Part shown: positions 20,296-29,973 of the stretch, piece by piece
Layout of the letters: every line of letters begins with the position of its first letter
How positions within the stretch are numbered: the first letter of the stretch is position 1
DNA from: Candidatus Latescibacterota bacterium
GTDB lineage: Bacteria > Latescibacterota > UBA2968 > UBA8231
Length of the DNA stretch: 64,000 bases
Assembly: GCA_965206595.1 (NCBI GenBank)
Contig: OZ242214.1
Span: 5,568,001-5,632,000 of the forward strand
Reading direction: 5' to 3'
Program-made: the position numbers and the translations under genes
The notes under the pieces: model-generated
Told to the model about the DNA's origin: nothing
The model's input: the letters and a program-made list of their open reading frames with translations, nothing else
The model's database searches: none

Positions 20296-21407
20296 GCCGG
20301 CTCTCCGCTGATCAGGGACATCAGCTCCACCCCGATAAACCGGTTCCGCCAGCCGCGCAGCAGCGCGTGCCGTTCTTCAGTCGCCTGCTCGCCATCCCTG
20401 ACCAGCGCCCTTACTTCCGAGCGCGTCGCCACCAGCGCGTGATCGATCCCCTTGTCGGCGCTCCGCTTTTCCAGAAGTTCGATCACGGCTTTGCTGCGCG
20501 CGGCGAAGGTTTTTTCGTAACGCGACCGCGGGTTCCCGTCGGGCAGCTCTTCCTCAGGAATCTCCAGTCCCGCTTTCACTGCGTCGACAACGGCTGTTCC
20601 GTGGCGGTGCAGGCGTTTGTCCCTGAACCGCAACAGTTCCCCGGTGCCGGCCGGCTTGCACTGCGCAAGCAGTAGCAGCGTCCGGTCGGACATCACCCAT
20701 CCTCGCGGCCGGTTGACTGCCCGCGCCTCGCACTCCCTCCAGGCAGTCAGCTCCCGCAGGACCGCAAGCTCTCGGCGCGAAAGCCGCCCCCGTCCCTTGA
20801 TCCGCTCGAACTGACCGCGGGGCTCGCGTTCCTCGTAAAGGCTCTCGTCGTCGAGGGCTGCCATATCCTCGCACATCCAGCTCTCGACGCCGCGCTCCCG
20901 CGCCCGGCGCAGGAGTTCCCGGTGCGCCGCGTGCAGAAAACGCACATCGTCGAGGGCGTAGCCGATCTGGGTTTCGCTCAGCGGCCGGCGCAGCCAGTCG
21001 GTCCGCGTCTCGGTCTTGTGCAGGTCGACCTCGACCAGCTCGACGAGCAGGTCGCGCAGTGAGATCGTCGAGGAGAGGCCGGCGAAACCTGCGGCGACGC
21101 GGGTGTCGAAGATGTTGCGCGGCGACACGCCGCTGGCGCGCCTGAGTATCGACAGGTCCTGGACGGCGTCGTGCAGGATTTTCGTGACCTTCGCATCCTC
21201 CAGCAGCTGTCCGAGGGCAGCGAGGTCGACGGCCGTGGCGTCGATCAGGTGAAGGTCGCTGTCAGAAAGGGCGAGCTGGACGATTCCGAGGTGTGGGTAG
21301 TAGGTGCGTTCCCAGACCAGTTCGGTGTCGAGCGCGACCAGGGGTTGCCGCCCGGCACGATCGACGAGTGCCGCCAGTTCCGCTTGCGAATCGATGAGCG
21401 CTGACAA
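20292..21407 (-). CDS. rnd: Ribonuclease D
   Basis: ALDTE exonuclease motif, FDT, TDWLRRPLS, YALDDV, HRDC domain. Confidence 0.9.
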   Translation of the reverse strand: MSALIDSQAELAALVDRAGRQPLVALDTELVWERTYYPHLGIVQLALSDSDLHLIDATAVDLAALGQLLEDAKVTKILHDAVQDLSILRRASGVSPRNIFDTRVAAGFAGLSSTISLRDLLVELVEVDLHKTETRTDWLRRPLSETQIGYALDDVRFLHAAHRELLRRARERGVESWMCEDMAALDDESLYEEREPRGQFERIKGRGRLSRRELAVLRELTAWRECEARAVNRPRGWVMSDRTLLLLAQCKPAGTGELLRFRDKRLHRHGTAVVDAVKAGLEIPEEELPDGNPRSRYEKTFAARSKAVIELLEKRSADKGIDHALVATRSEVRALVRDGEQATEERHALLRGWRNRFIGVELMSLISGEPA

Positions 21408-21422
21408 AGTTTGAGTTGGCGG

Positions 21423-22265
21423 CTAGTTCGCTGTTTCCCGAAGCCGTCCCGCGTCGTCCAGCTCGGGACGGTCGAGGCGCCTGTGGTAGGGGGGCTCGAG
21501 AATGGCCCGCTGTTCCGGTGTCATTCCCTCCAGCATCTGCTCGGGCCAGGGCATGTACCCCGTCGCGTAGGCGAGGTTGGCGGGGGTGTAGCGGTACAAC
21601 AGGGAGCGGCGCTCGCGCTCGGAGCGCCAGGGCAGGGTGCCGTGGGTCACCGCTTCGGTGAAGATGACGATGTCGCCGGCGCCGCAGCTGATCGGACGCA
21701 CGATTTCCCGGCGACGGTGCCACAGCTTGATCGGCCGCGGGCAGGCGAAGTTGGCCTTGTGACTGCCGGGGATGAGGCAGAGTCCGCCGTCCCCTTCCTC
21801 GACGTCCGACAACTGCCAGGCAACGACCGTCAGGCCGTTGTGCATCTGCCCGTCGCGGTAGATGTAGTACTGATTGGGGTCGAAATGCGGGCCGGAGGAA
21901 CCGTGCAAGGTGTGCCCCTCGGCTCCCTTGCGCATGGTGATGAGGCCGGGGCTGTGATCCATGCGGAACCCGGGACCGACGATCTGGTTGAGATAGGGCA
22001 CGATGCGAGGGTGGGACAGCATGTGGCGAAACACGTTGCGCCAAGGTTCCTCCCAGCCCAGCATGCCGCCGAGATCGCCGCGGCCCGTCGTTCCCTTGAG
22101 GCTCGTCGATTCACCCGACAGCGACAGGTCCCCGAGGCGGATGTTGATGGCGTCCGCGTGGTGGTCGATCGCGGTGTTGGCGGCGGCTACTTCGGCAGCC
22201 GTCAGCACCTGCTCCACTACGAGGTAGCCGTTGAGATCGAACAGGTACAGCTCTTCTTCGTTCAT
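21423..22265 (-). CDS. Phytanoyl-CoA dioxygenase (PhyH) family protein
   Basis: YLFDLNGYLVV, DGGLCLIPGSHK, GDIVIF..HGTLPW. Confidence 0.85.
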   Translation of the reverse strand: MNEEELYLFDLNGYLVVEQVLTAAEVAAANTAIDHHADAINIRLGDLSLSGESTSLKGTTGRGDLGGMLGWEEPWRNVFRHMLSHPRIVPYLNQIVGPGFRMDHSPGLITMRKGAEGHTLHGSSGPHFDPNQYYIYRDGQMHNGLTVVAWQLSDVEEGDGGLCLIPGSHKANFACPRPIKLWHRRREIVRPISCGAGDIVIFTEAVTHGTLPWRSERERRSLLYRYTPANLAYATGYMPWPEQMLEGMTPEQRAILEPPYHRRLDRPELDDAGRLRETAN

Positions 22266-22553
22266 GGCGGCTCGGTTCCCGACCGACAAGATATCCCCCT
22301 GCCCTTCAGGCGGCCAGGGGGAACCGGTCTGCCTGCCAGCCGTCAAGGTGCCGGTCAATTACTACCTGAGGGTCAGGGATGCGGCATGGCGAAATCAGGC
22401 TGCACCCCGGCATCGCCTACCTCGAGATCAATACCCCGCCGAACCTGCTGCAGGCGCAGGAACCCCCGGGGGAGATGAGGAAGCTCCTGGATCCGGAATG
22501 ACCCTGGGCCGGATCTGCTGCCGACGGAGAAACCGGACTGATCCAGAGGCCTG

Positions 22554-22922
22554 TCAGCCTTCCAGGGAGCGGAACGGCGCCTTGTTGACGTACTCCTCGA
22601 CGACCTTGCCCCCCACGAGGTGCTCGGTGATGATGCGCTCGAGCTTCTCCACGGTCATGCCGTAGTACCACACACCTTCCGGATAGACCACCACCGTGGG
22701 GCCGCGTTCGCAGACGCGCAGGCAGTCCGCCTTGGTGCGGTGGATTCCCCCATTTCGCGGGTCGCCGAGACCGAGCTCCCGCAGCCGTGTCTTGAGGTAG
22801 TCCCAGCACTTTGCGCCGGTGTCGTCGGAGTGGCACTTCGGCTTGGTCGGGGTCGCGCACAGGAAAATGTGGTGCTTGATCTCGACCTGTTCGACTTCGG
22901 GTAGTTGGGTCGGCTCGCTCAT
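22554..22922 (-). CDS. Thioredoxin-like [2Fe-2S] ferredoxin
   Basis: HIFLC...C...[18 protein letters not shown]. Confidence 0.9.
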   Translation of the reverse strand: MSEPTQLPEVEQVEIKHHIFLCATPTKPKCHSDDTGAKCWDYLKTRLRELGLGDPRNGGIHRTKADCLRVCERGPTVVVYPEGVWYYGMTVEKLERIITEHLVGGKVVEEYVNKAPFRSLEG

Positions 22923-23005
22923 CCGGTCCTTCCGTTTCCGTCGGTTTTCAGCGCGTATGAAGTTGCTCTGCAGGCGGTAGCCCGAGTGAACTTTTCAACG
23001 GGCTG

Positions 23006-24361
23006 TTATGGTTTCCACTCTTCATGCAGGGGGCGGTGCGTGAACCTTCGCCCCTTGCCTTCGTAATCGTCGACGATCTGCCCGTTTCCTTCGAGGATGT
23101 ACTTGTAGGAGGTCAGCCCTTCCAGCCCGACCGGGCCGCGGCTGTGCAGCCGCCCGGTGCTGATCCCGATCTCGGCGCCCAGGCCGTACCGGAAGCCGTC
23201 GGCAAAGCGGGTGGAGGCGTTGCGGCAGACCGAGGCGGAGTCGACGCTGCTCAGAAACAGGCGGGCCGCTTCGTCGTCCTCGGTGACGATGGCGTCGGTG
23301 TGGTGGCTGCCGTATTCGTTGATGTGATCGATCGCCTCGCGTACCGAGTCGACGACTTTCACCGCCAGCACCAGGTCGAGGTACTCCGTCGACCAGTCCG
23401 CCTCGGTGGCCGGGGTGACCGCTCCGCTGGCCCCGGCGAGCTCCAGGGTGCGCTCGTCGCCGCGAATCGCCACGCCCGTTTCGATCAGCGCGGGGACCGT
23501 GCGCGCGAAGAGGCGCTCGGCAATGCCGGTGTGAACGAGCAGGGTTTCGATGGCGTTGCAGACGGCGACGTACTGGGTTTTCGCGTCGACCGTTATCCGC
23601 ACCGCCTTGTCGAGATCCGCCGCCCTGTCGACGTAGACGTGGCAGATTCCGTCGGCGTGCCCCATGACCGGGATGTTGGTGTTGTTCATGATGTGCTGAA
23701 CGAACCGGTTGCTGCCGCGCGGCACGATCAGGTCGATCGACTCCTCCTGGCCGAGCAGCACCGAGACGTCCTCGCGGGTCTCCATCAGGGTGATCCAGCC
23801 TTCGGGAATACCGGCGCGGCGGGTGGCGCGCGCGATGCATCGCGCCAGGGCGGCGTTGGTTTCGGCCGCTTCCCGCCCCCCCTTGAGAAGCACGGCGTTG
23901 CCCGACTTCAGGCAGAGCGAGGCGATCTGCACCAGGGCGTCCGGCCGCGATTCGAAGATTACCCCGAGGACGCCGATCGGCACGGTGACCCGGAACAGGC
24001 GCAGCCCCTCGTCCAGCTCGCAGGCGTTCTGAGTCGCCCCCAGCGGGTCCTGCTGCGCGAGCACGCTGCGAACCATTTCCACGGTGGCGTCGAACTTGCC
24101 GCCGCCCAGGCCGAGCCGCTTGAGTAGCGGTTCATCCAGTTCCCCGGCGGCGACCAGCGCCGTCCCGTTCTCCAGGTCGGCGGCATTGGCGGCCAGGATC
24201 TGCTCTTTCTCGGCAAGCATCTGCTCGGCGATGGCGGCGATGGCGGCGTCCCGGGTGGGGGCCGAGGTCACGGCCAGGGCACGTGCCGCAACGCGCGCCG
24301 CGCGTGCGCGCTCGGCGACGTCGCCGCCGACCACGTCGACAGCGGCCGCTGCCGCGGTCAC
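23006..24361 (-). CDS. proA: Gamma-glutamyl phosphate reductase
   Basis: FESRPD, VCNAIETL, NASTRFADG, GAEIGIST..LHSRGPVG; GTG start overlaps htpG stop. Confidence 0.95.
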   Translation of the reverse strand: MTAAAAAVDVVGGDVAERARAARVAARALAVTSAPTRDAAIAAIAEQMLAEKEQILAANAADLENGTALVAAGELDEPLLKRLGLGGGKFDATVEMVRSVLAQQDPLGATQNACELDEGLRLFRVTVPIGVLGVIFESRPDALVQIASLCLKSGNAVLLKGGREAAETNAALARCIARATRRAGIPEGWITLMETREDVSVLLGQEESIDLIVPRGSNRFVQHIMNNTNIPVMGHADGICHVYVDRAADLDKAVRITVDAKTQYVAVCNAIETLLVHTGIAERLFARTVPALIETGVAIRGDERTLELAGASGAVTPATEADWSTEYLDLVLAVKVVDSVREAIDHINEYGSHHTDAIVTEDDEAARLFLSSVDSASVCRNASTRFADGFRYGLGAEIGISTGRLHSRGPVGLEGLTSYKYILEGNGQIVDDYEGKGRRFTHRPLHEEWKP

Positions 24362-26292
24362 GGTGACTCCTCCTTCAGCACCGACCCGGTCGCCAGGGTC
24401 ATCATCTTCTGAATCGTCCCCACCACCCGCTGCGGATCCTCGACGGTGCCCTCGGCGATCAGCACGTAGTCCACCAGGAAGTCCGCCCACTCCCTGAGCT
24501 GCTCCGACTCCCGGTGCTTCAGCAGCATTTCCCCCAGGTTGGCGATCGCCGGGTGTCGCGGGTTGATCTCGAGTACCCGCTTGGAGGGGGAGAAGCTGTC
24601 GTCGGCCATCTGCATCATCCGCTCCATCGTCTGACTCATCCCGCCCCTGGGGGTGACCAGCACACAGGGGCTGTCGGTCAGGCGCTGCGACTCCTTGACG
24701 TCGCCGACGCGGTTCTCCAGCTCCTTCTTGAGGAAGCTGACCAGCTCGATGGTGCGCTCCCTGTTCTCCTCCACTCCTTCGAGCTTCACCTCTTGCGACA
24801 GCTCGAGATCCTCGGCGTCGACGGCCTGGAACTTTTTGCCGTCGAACTCCTGCAGCGAGCCCACCACCCACTCGTCGACCGGGTCGGTCGTGTACACGAC
24901 CTCTAGGTCGCGCTTGCGGAAGGCCTCCAGCAGCGGGCTCTGCTCCACCGCCTCCCGGCTTTCGCCGCTCAGGTAGTAGATCACCTCCTGGTCGGAGGCC
25001 ATGCGGTCGACGTAGTCCTGCAGGGAGATCAGGCCCTCCCCTTTGTCGTCGCCGTCGGCGAGCTTCTGCGAGAAGCTGCTGAGGTAGCGCGCCAGCTTCG
25101 CGATCTGCTCCTTGTTCTCGAAGTCGCGGGCGACGCCCTCCTTCAGCACCATGCCGTAGGATTTCCAGAACGCGAGGTAATCCTCCGGTCTGTTCTTCGC
25201 CGTGTTCTCGAGCAGCGCCAGTACGCGGCGCACCAGCGTCTGCCGGATCCGGGCGACGACGGGATTGTTCTGCAGCGACTCGCGGGCGACGTTGAGAGGC
25301 AGGTCGTCGCAGTCGACGACGCCGCGGACGAAGCGCAGGTACAGGGGCAGCAGGTCGTTGCAGTCGTCCTGGATGAACACGCGGCGGACGTGCAGGTTGA
25401 CGGAGACCTTCGGCTCCGGCGCGAACAGCATCTCGAGCGGCGACTGCCTGGGGATGTAGAGGATGGCGTAGAACTGGATCGGCACGTCGACGGCGACGTG
25501 CTCCCAGGTGATCGGCTCCTGGTGGTCGCCGGTCAGGTGAGTGTAGAACTCCTTGTACTGCTCGTCGGTGATCTCGCTGCGCGCCCGCGCCCACAGGGCC
25601 GAGGCCTCGTTCGCCTGCTTGCCGGCGACCTTGATCGGGTAGGCGACGAAGTCGGAGTGCTTGCGGATCACCGCCTCGAGCCGGTGGGCGTCGAGGTACT
25701 CCTCGCAGTCGCCGCGCACGTACACCTTGATTTCGGTGCCGCGGTCCTTCTTGTCCCCCGTGGTGGCGATGGTGTAGCTGCCGCTTCCGGTCGATTCCCA
25801 GATCACCGCTTCCGCTTCCGGGTCGGCCGACCGGGTGGTCACCACCACCCGCTCCGCAACCATGAAGACCGAGTAGAAGCCGACGCCGAACTGGCCGATC
25901 AGCTGCAGCTTGTCCTTGTCGTCCTCGCTTTCTCCCAGTTCCCTGATTAACTCCGCGGAACCGGAGCGCGCGATGGTGCCGAGGTTGGCGGTGATCTCGT
26001 CGCGGGTCATGCCGATGCCGGTATCCCTGATCGTCAGGGTCTTGGCGCCGGTGTCGACCGACAGCTCGATCTGCAGCTCGGCGTCGGCGTCGACGACGGT
26101 GCGGTCGGTCAGCGAGCGAAAGCGGATCTTGTCGAGGGCGTCGGAAGCGTTGGAGATCAGCTCCCTGAGGAACACGTCCTTTTCGGTGTACAGGGAGTGG
26201 ATGAGGATGCGGAGGACCTGTTGCACCTCGGTCTCGAAAGGGCGTTCCTCGACGTTGGCGTCTTGCGCCGATACAGTGCTGTTCTCGGACAT
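24358..26292 (-). CDS. htpG: Chaperone HtpG (Hsp90)
   Basis: FLRELISNASDALDK, DTGIGM, IGQFGVGFYS, LEINPRHP. Confidence 0.97.
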   Translation of the reverse strand: MSENSTVSAQDANVEERPFETEVQQVLRILIHSLYTEKDVFLRELISNASDALDKIRFRSLTDRTVVDADAELQIELSVDTGAKTLTIRDTGIGMTRDEITANLGTIARSGSAELIRELGESEDDKDKLQLIGQFGVGFYSVFMVAERVVVTTRSADPEAEAVIWESTGSGSYTIATTGDKKDRGTEIKVYVRGDCEEYLDAHRLEAVIRKHSDFVAYPIKVAGKQANEASALWARARSEITDEQYKEFYTHLTGDHQEPITWEHVAVDVPIQFYAILYIPRQSPLEMLFAPEPKVSVNLHVRRVFIQDDCNDLLPLYLRFVRGVVDCDDLPLNVARESLQNNPVVARIRQTLVRRVLALLENTAKNRPEDYLAFWKSYGMVLKEGVARDFENKEQIAKLARYLSSFSQKLADGDDKGEGLISLQDYVDRMASDQEVIYYLSGESREAVEQSPLLEAFRKRDLEVVYTTDPVDEWVVGSLQEFDGKKFQAVDAEDLELSQEVKLEGVEENRERTIELVSFLKKELENRVGDVKESQRLTDSPCVLVTPRGGMSQTMERMMQMADDSFSPSKRVLEINPRHPAIANLGEMLLKHRESEQLREWADFLVDYVLIAEGTVEDPQRVVGTIQKMMTLATGSVLKEESP

Positions 26293-26527
26293 TTATTCTA
26301 TTGGCTCCGTGAAGCTGTTGAGCGGGAATACAGGCTGGCCGTTCGGCTTGGCAAAGAGAAAAAATGTAGGGAAGGGTGACCTCTCCGTAAATGCCGAACT
26401 GCTGTATCTCCTTGATCTGCCCGCAGTTAGCGCCGCAGAGAAGTGGGGCTGGGGATCGCCGCCGGGGCGGTCATCTGCGTCGAGGACCTCGAGGAGATGC
26501 CTCCGGCTTTTGCAGGAGGCGCCCGAC

Positions 26528-27301
26528 TCAGGGAAACCCGCGAAGACCCAGCTTCAAGGCCGCTGCCCGCGACAGCAGTCCGATCGCCCCGCCGAAGAGG
26601 TTGCCCCAGACGATCAGCCAGCCCAGGTGCTCGCGGATCACCTCCTCCATCATCCTTTTCACCGTCTCCGGGCTGAGCTCCTCGAGCTTGGTGCGCAGCA
26701 GCTCGTCGACCTTGGCGCGCAGCGCGGGGATGTCGATGCCAGCGCCGATTCTTTCCCGCAACTGCGGCTCGATGTCGGCCAGCAGGCCGGTGGTGAACTG
26801 GATGACGATGGTGCGCAGGATGTCGTTGCCCGCCATCCTGATCATCATGCCGAACGGCCCCTCCTTGAGCTTGTCGAGCTCGCGGTCGATCGCCTCCCGT
26901 GCCTCTTCCGACTCGACGAACTCGGCGAACCGGGCGGCGAGATCCGGGCCGGCTCCCAGGCCTCCTCCCTGCTCGCTGAAGAACCGGCGCAGGTATTCCT
27001 CGTTGAAGAAGTGCGCCATGATGAGGTCCTTGATGGCGGCGCGGATCTCGCGGAAGCGGTTGGGAATGACTCCGGACCCCCACAGCAGGGGCACCTTGTC
27101 GAAGAGCATCTTGACGGCCAGCCAGTTGGTGATGCCGCCGGCGAACCCGAACAGCCCCGCCGCCAGGATCCAGGGTCCGAGCGCGGTCCAGGCGGAGGGC
27201 CCGGCCCCCGCCGCGGCGTCGCTGCTGGCGACGACGCCGGCGACCAGCAGGGCAAACGATGCGAGGTTGCTTGCCCGCCCTTTCTCGATGCCTCTCCTCA
27301 T
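26528..27301 (-). CDS. DUF445 family membrane protein
   Basis: GGITNWLAVKMLF and EHLGWLIVWGNLFGG motifs; ATG overlaps ddl stop. Confidence 0.8.
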   Translation of the reverse strand: MRRGIEKGRASNLASFALLVAGVVASSDAAAGAGPSAWTALGPWILAAGLFGFAGGITNWLAVKMLFDKVPLLWGSGVIPNRFREIRAAIKDLIMAHFFNEEYLRRFFSEQGGGLGAGPDLAARFAEFVESEEAREAIDRELDKLKEGPFGMMIRMAGNDILRTIVIQFTTGLLADIEPQLRERIGAGIDIPALRAKVDELLRTKLEELSPETVKRMMEEVIREHLGWLIVWGNLFGGAIGLLSRAAALKLGLRGFP

Positions 27302-28398
27302 CGCAGGGTGGTCGTGTCCCGCCGGTCCCCGTGGCGCTCCAGGGCCAGCTCGATCAGCCGGTCGATCAGCTCGGAGTAACCGACGCCGCTCGCCTCCCAG
27401 AGCTTGGGATACATGCTGATCTCCGTAAAACCTGGCAGGGTGTTGATTTCGTTGACCAGCACCGTTTCCTCGGGGCCGGGAATGAAGAAGTCCACTCTCG
27501 CCAGGCCGGAAGCGTCGATAGCCAGGAAGGCCCGCCGCGCCACCTCGCGCACGCGCGCCGCGGTCTCCGGTCTGAGATCGGCCGGGATGATCAGCTCGGA
27601 GCCGTCGTCGATGTACTTGGCCTCGTAGTCGTAGAACTCGTTGCCCGGAACGACCTCGCCGATCGCCGAGACCACCGGGTCCTCGTAGCCGAGTACCGAG
27701 CACTCGACCTCGCGGCAGTTCTCGATTCCCGCCTCGATGACGATTTTGCGATCGTAGCGGGCCGCCTCCTCCATCGCCGGGGCGAACCCGGCTCCGTCGT
27801 GGACCTTCGATATGCCGACGCTCGATCCCATGTTCGCCGGCTTGACGAAAACGGGCCAGGACAACTCCCGTTCGACCTCGGTCCGGACCTTCTCCGGCTG
27901 CGAGCGCCAGCGGCTGCGCAACACAGCGACGTATTCACCTTGCGGCAGTCCCTCTGCCCGGAACACCCGCTTCATCATCTCCTTGTCCATGCCGACCGCG
28001 GAACCCAGCACGCCGGAGCCGACGTAGGCGATGCCGGCCAGCTCCAGCAGGCCCTGCACGGTGCCGTCCTCACCGTAGGGGCCGTGCAGAATCGGGAAGA
28101 TGACGTCGACCGCGCCCGCGCTCCCCATGCCGGTCCCGCTGCGCATCATCAGCTCCCCGCCGTCGTGGTGGTCGAGGACGAGCGGGGCCAGGCCGGTCCG
28201 GTTCACCGCTCCTTCCTCCAGCACCTTGGCGGCGTCTCCTGCGGCGAGCCAGCGCCCGTCCCGGTCAATGCCGATCATCGTCACGTCGTATTTGCCGCGG
28301 TCCAGCGCCTCGAGAACCGAGCGGGCCGAGCGCACCGACACCTCGTGCTCTGCCGAGCGTCCCCCGAACAGAATTCCGACGCGGATTTTGTCGTCCAA
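27298..28398 (-). CDS. ddl: D-alanine--D-alanine ligase
   Basis: FGGRSAEHEVS, HGPYGEDG, KPANMGSSVG, FYDYEAKY, NEINTLPGFT. Confidence 0.96.
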   Translation of the reverse strand: MDDKIRVGILFGGRSAEHEVSVRSARSVLEALDRGKYDVTMIGIDRDGRWLAAGDAAKVLEEGAVNRTGLAPLVLDHHDGGELMMRSGTGMGSAGAVDVIFPILHGPYGEDGTVQGLLELAGIAYVGSGVLGSAVGMDKEMMKRVFRAEGLPQGEYVAVLRSRWRSQPEKVRTEVERELSWPVFVKPANMGSSVGISKVHDGAGFAPAMEEAARYDRKIVIEAGIENCREVECSVLGYEDPVVSAIGEVVPGNEFYDYEAKYIDDGSELIIPADLRPETAARVREVARRAFLAIDASGLARVDFFIPGPEETVLVNEINTLPGFTEISMYPKLWEASGVGYSELIDRLIELALERHGDRRDTTTLR

Positions 28399-28535
28399 CC
28401 GTAGCTTCCTTTCCTTCTTTCGACCGGGTCGGACACAGGTGCCCGGCCGACTTTCCAAATATAGGGGAACGGCGTTTTTCCCTGCCGCGGCGGATCCGCT
28501 CCGCGGCGGTCTCCAGCCGGAGGTTTGTCACCGTC

Positions 28536-28985
28536 ATGGCCGCGTGCCTGTTCTGCGATATTGTCGCCGGCCGGCTCGATGCCGAGGTCGTCTACGAGGA
28601 CGAGGCCGCCATCGCCTTCCTCGACCACCGGCCGCTGTTCCCGGGCCACGTGCTGGTGTCGCCGCGCCAACACTGCGAGACGCTGCCCGACCTGCCGGCG
28701 ATCCGCCTCGCCCCGATCTTCGCCGCGGTGCAGCTGCTGGCGCGCGCCGTGGAACGCGGCCTCGACGCCGGCGGCAGCTTCGTGGCCATCAACAACAAGG
28801 TCAGCCAGAGCGTGCCCCACCTGCACGTGCACGTGGTGCCCCGTACCCGGGGAGACGGCCTGCGCGGCTTCTTCTGGCCGCGCCGTCCCTACGACGATGA
28901 CGAACACGCCGCGGCCGTGGCCGCGCGTCTGCGGGAGGCCGTCGCCGAACTGCAGGCGGAAACCGAAAGGGAAGGGGCAGGATGA
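28536..28985 (+). CDS. HIT family hydrolase
   Basis: CLFC N-terminus and QSVPHLHVHVVPR histidine triad. Confidence 0.92.
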   Translation: MAACLFCDIVAGRLDAEVVYEDEAAIAFLDHRPLFPGHVLVSPRQHCETLPDLPAIRLAPIFAAVQLLARAVERGLDAGGSFVAINNKVSQSVPHLHVHVVPRTRGDGLRGFFWPRRPYDDDEHAAAVAARLREAVAELQAETEREGAG

Positions 28986-29779
28986 TCCGCTACAGCTACA
29001 TGATCGTCGATCCGGTCTCGGCGTTTGCCGATGAGGAGCTTCCCCGGCTCTTCGACTTCGTGCGTGCCTGCGGGTACGAGGGGGTCGAGCTCAACTATTC
29101 CAGGGAGCTGGGGGCGGCGCTCGACCGCGTCCGCGGCCATGCCGTGGAATCGGGTCTCGCGATTCCGTCGATCCTGACCGGCAGGGGGTACGGAGAGGGG
29201 TTCTGCCTGTGCCATCCTGACGCCGGGGTCCGCGGCGCCGCGGTCGCCTACCTGGTCGAGCTGCTCGACGTCGCCGTCGAGTGCGGCTCGATCCTGGTGA
29301 TAGGCCTGCTCCAGGGTCTGCGCAGCGACGAGCCCGACCCGGAAGTCGCCCAGGTCCGTATCGCCGGCTGCCTGCGGGAAGTCGCCGCGGCGGCCGAAGA
29401 GAAGGGCGTCGAGCTGGTAATCGAGCCGATCAACCACCTTCAGGTCGGCTTCAACAACTCGGTCGCCGAGGTCTGCGCCCTCGCCGCGGAGGTCGCCTCG
29501 CCGGCGCTCGGTCCGATGGTCGACACGATCCACATGAACATCGAGGATTCCTCCCTGACGCAGCCGATCCGCGACTGCGGCGCCGACCTCAGGCACGTCC
29601 ATCTCTGCGAGAGCAACGGCGGCCTGTTCGGAAGCGGCAACATCGACTTCGGGCCGGTTCTGAAGGCGCTCGGCGAGATCGGCTACGGCCGTTTCGCCTC
29701 GGTCAAGGTCTATCGCAACGCCACCCACCGGGAGGCGGCGCGAACCAGCATCGAATACTTGCGCCGGCTCGGCGACTGA
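28982..29779 (+). CDS. Sugar phosphate isomerase/epimerase (xylose isomerase-like TIM barrel)
   Basis: IEPINH, DTIHMNIE, HVHL, GSGNIDF. Confidence 0.85.
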   Translation: MIRYSYMIVDPVSAFADEELPRLFDFVRACGYEGVELNYSRELGAALDRVRGHAVESGLAIPSILTGRGYGEGFCLCHPDAGVRGAAVAYLVELLDVAVECGSILVIGLLQGLRSDEPDPEVAQVRIAGCLREVAAAAEEKGVELVIEPINHLQVGFNNSVAEVCALAAEVASPALGPMVDTIHMNIEDSSLTQPIRDCGADLRHVHLCESNGGLFGSGNIDFGPVLKALGEIGYGRFASVKVYRNATHREAARTSIEYLRRLGD

Positions 29780-29973
29780 GCCCGGTGGGGGCCGCCGCGG
29801 CAGTGGTGTGAGCCGTCCGAATCGGTTACTGTTGTGCCTTCCCGCTTGGCGCCGGTTTCCCGCAATACGATGCCGGCCGCGGGAAGCGGCGACGGCTCGC
29901 ATGCTGCCCGGTTTCGTCCGGCTCCGGCCGGCAGCCCTACCACGGAGCTCGAAATAACCAGGAGTGAGAAAGA

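Noticed and set aside
23006-25594. 862-aa ORF suggesting a ProA fusion
   Set aside because: The N-terminal part is an alternative frame over htpG; ProA starts at GTG 24361.
28484-28510. GC hairpin between ddl and HIT as a REP element
   Set aside because: No further copies were noticed in the window, and such hairpins are expected by chance at this GC content.
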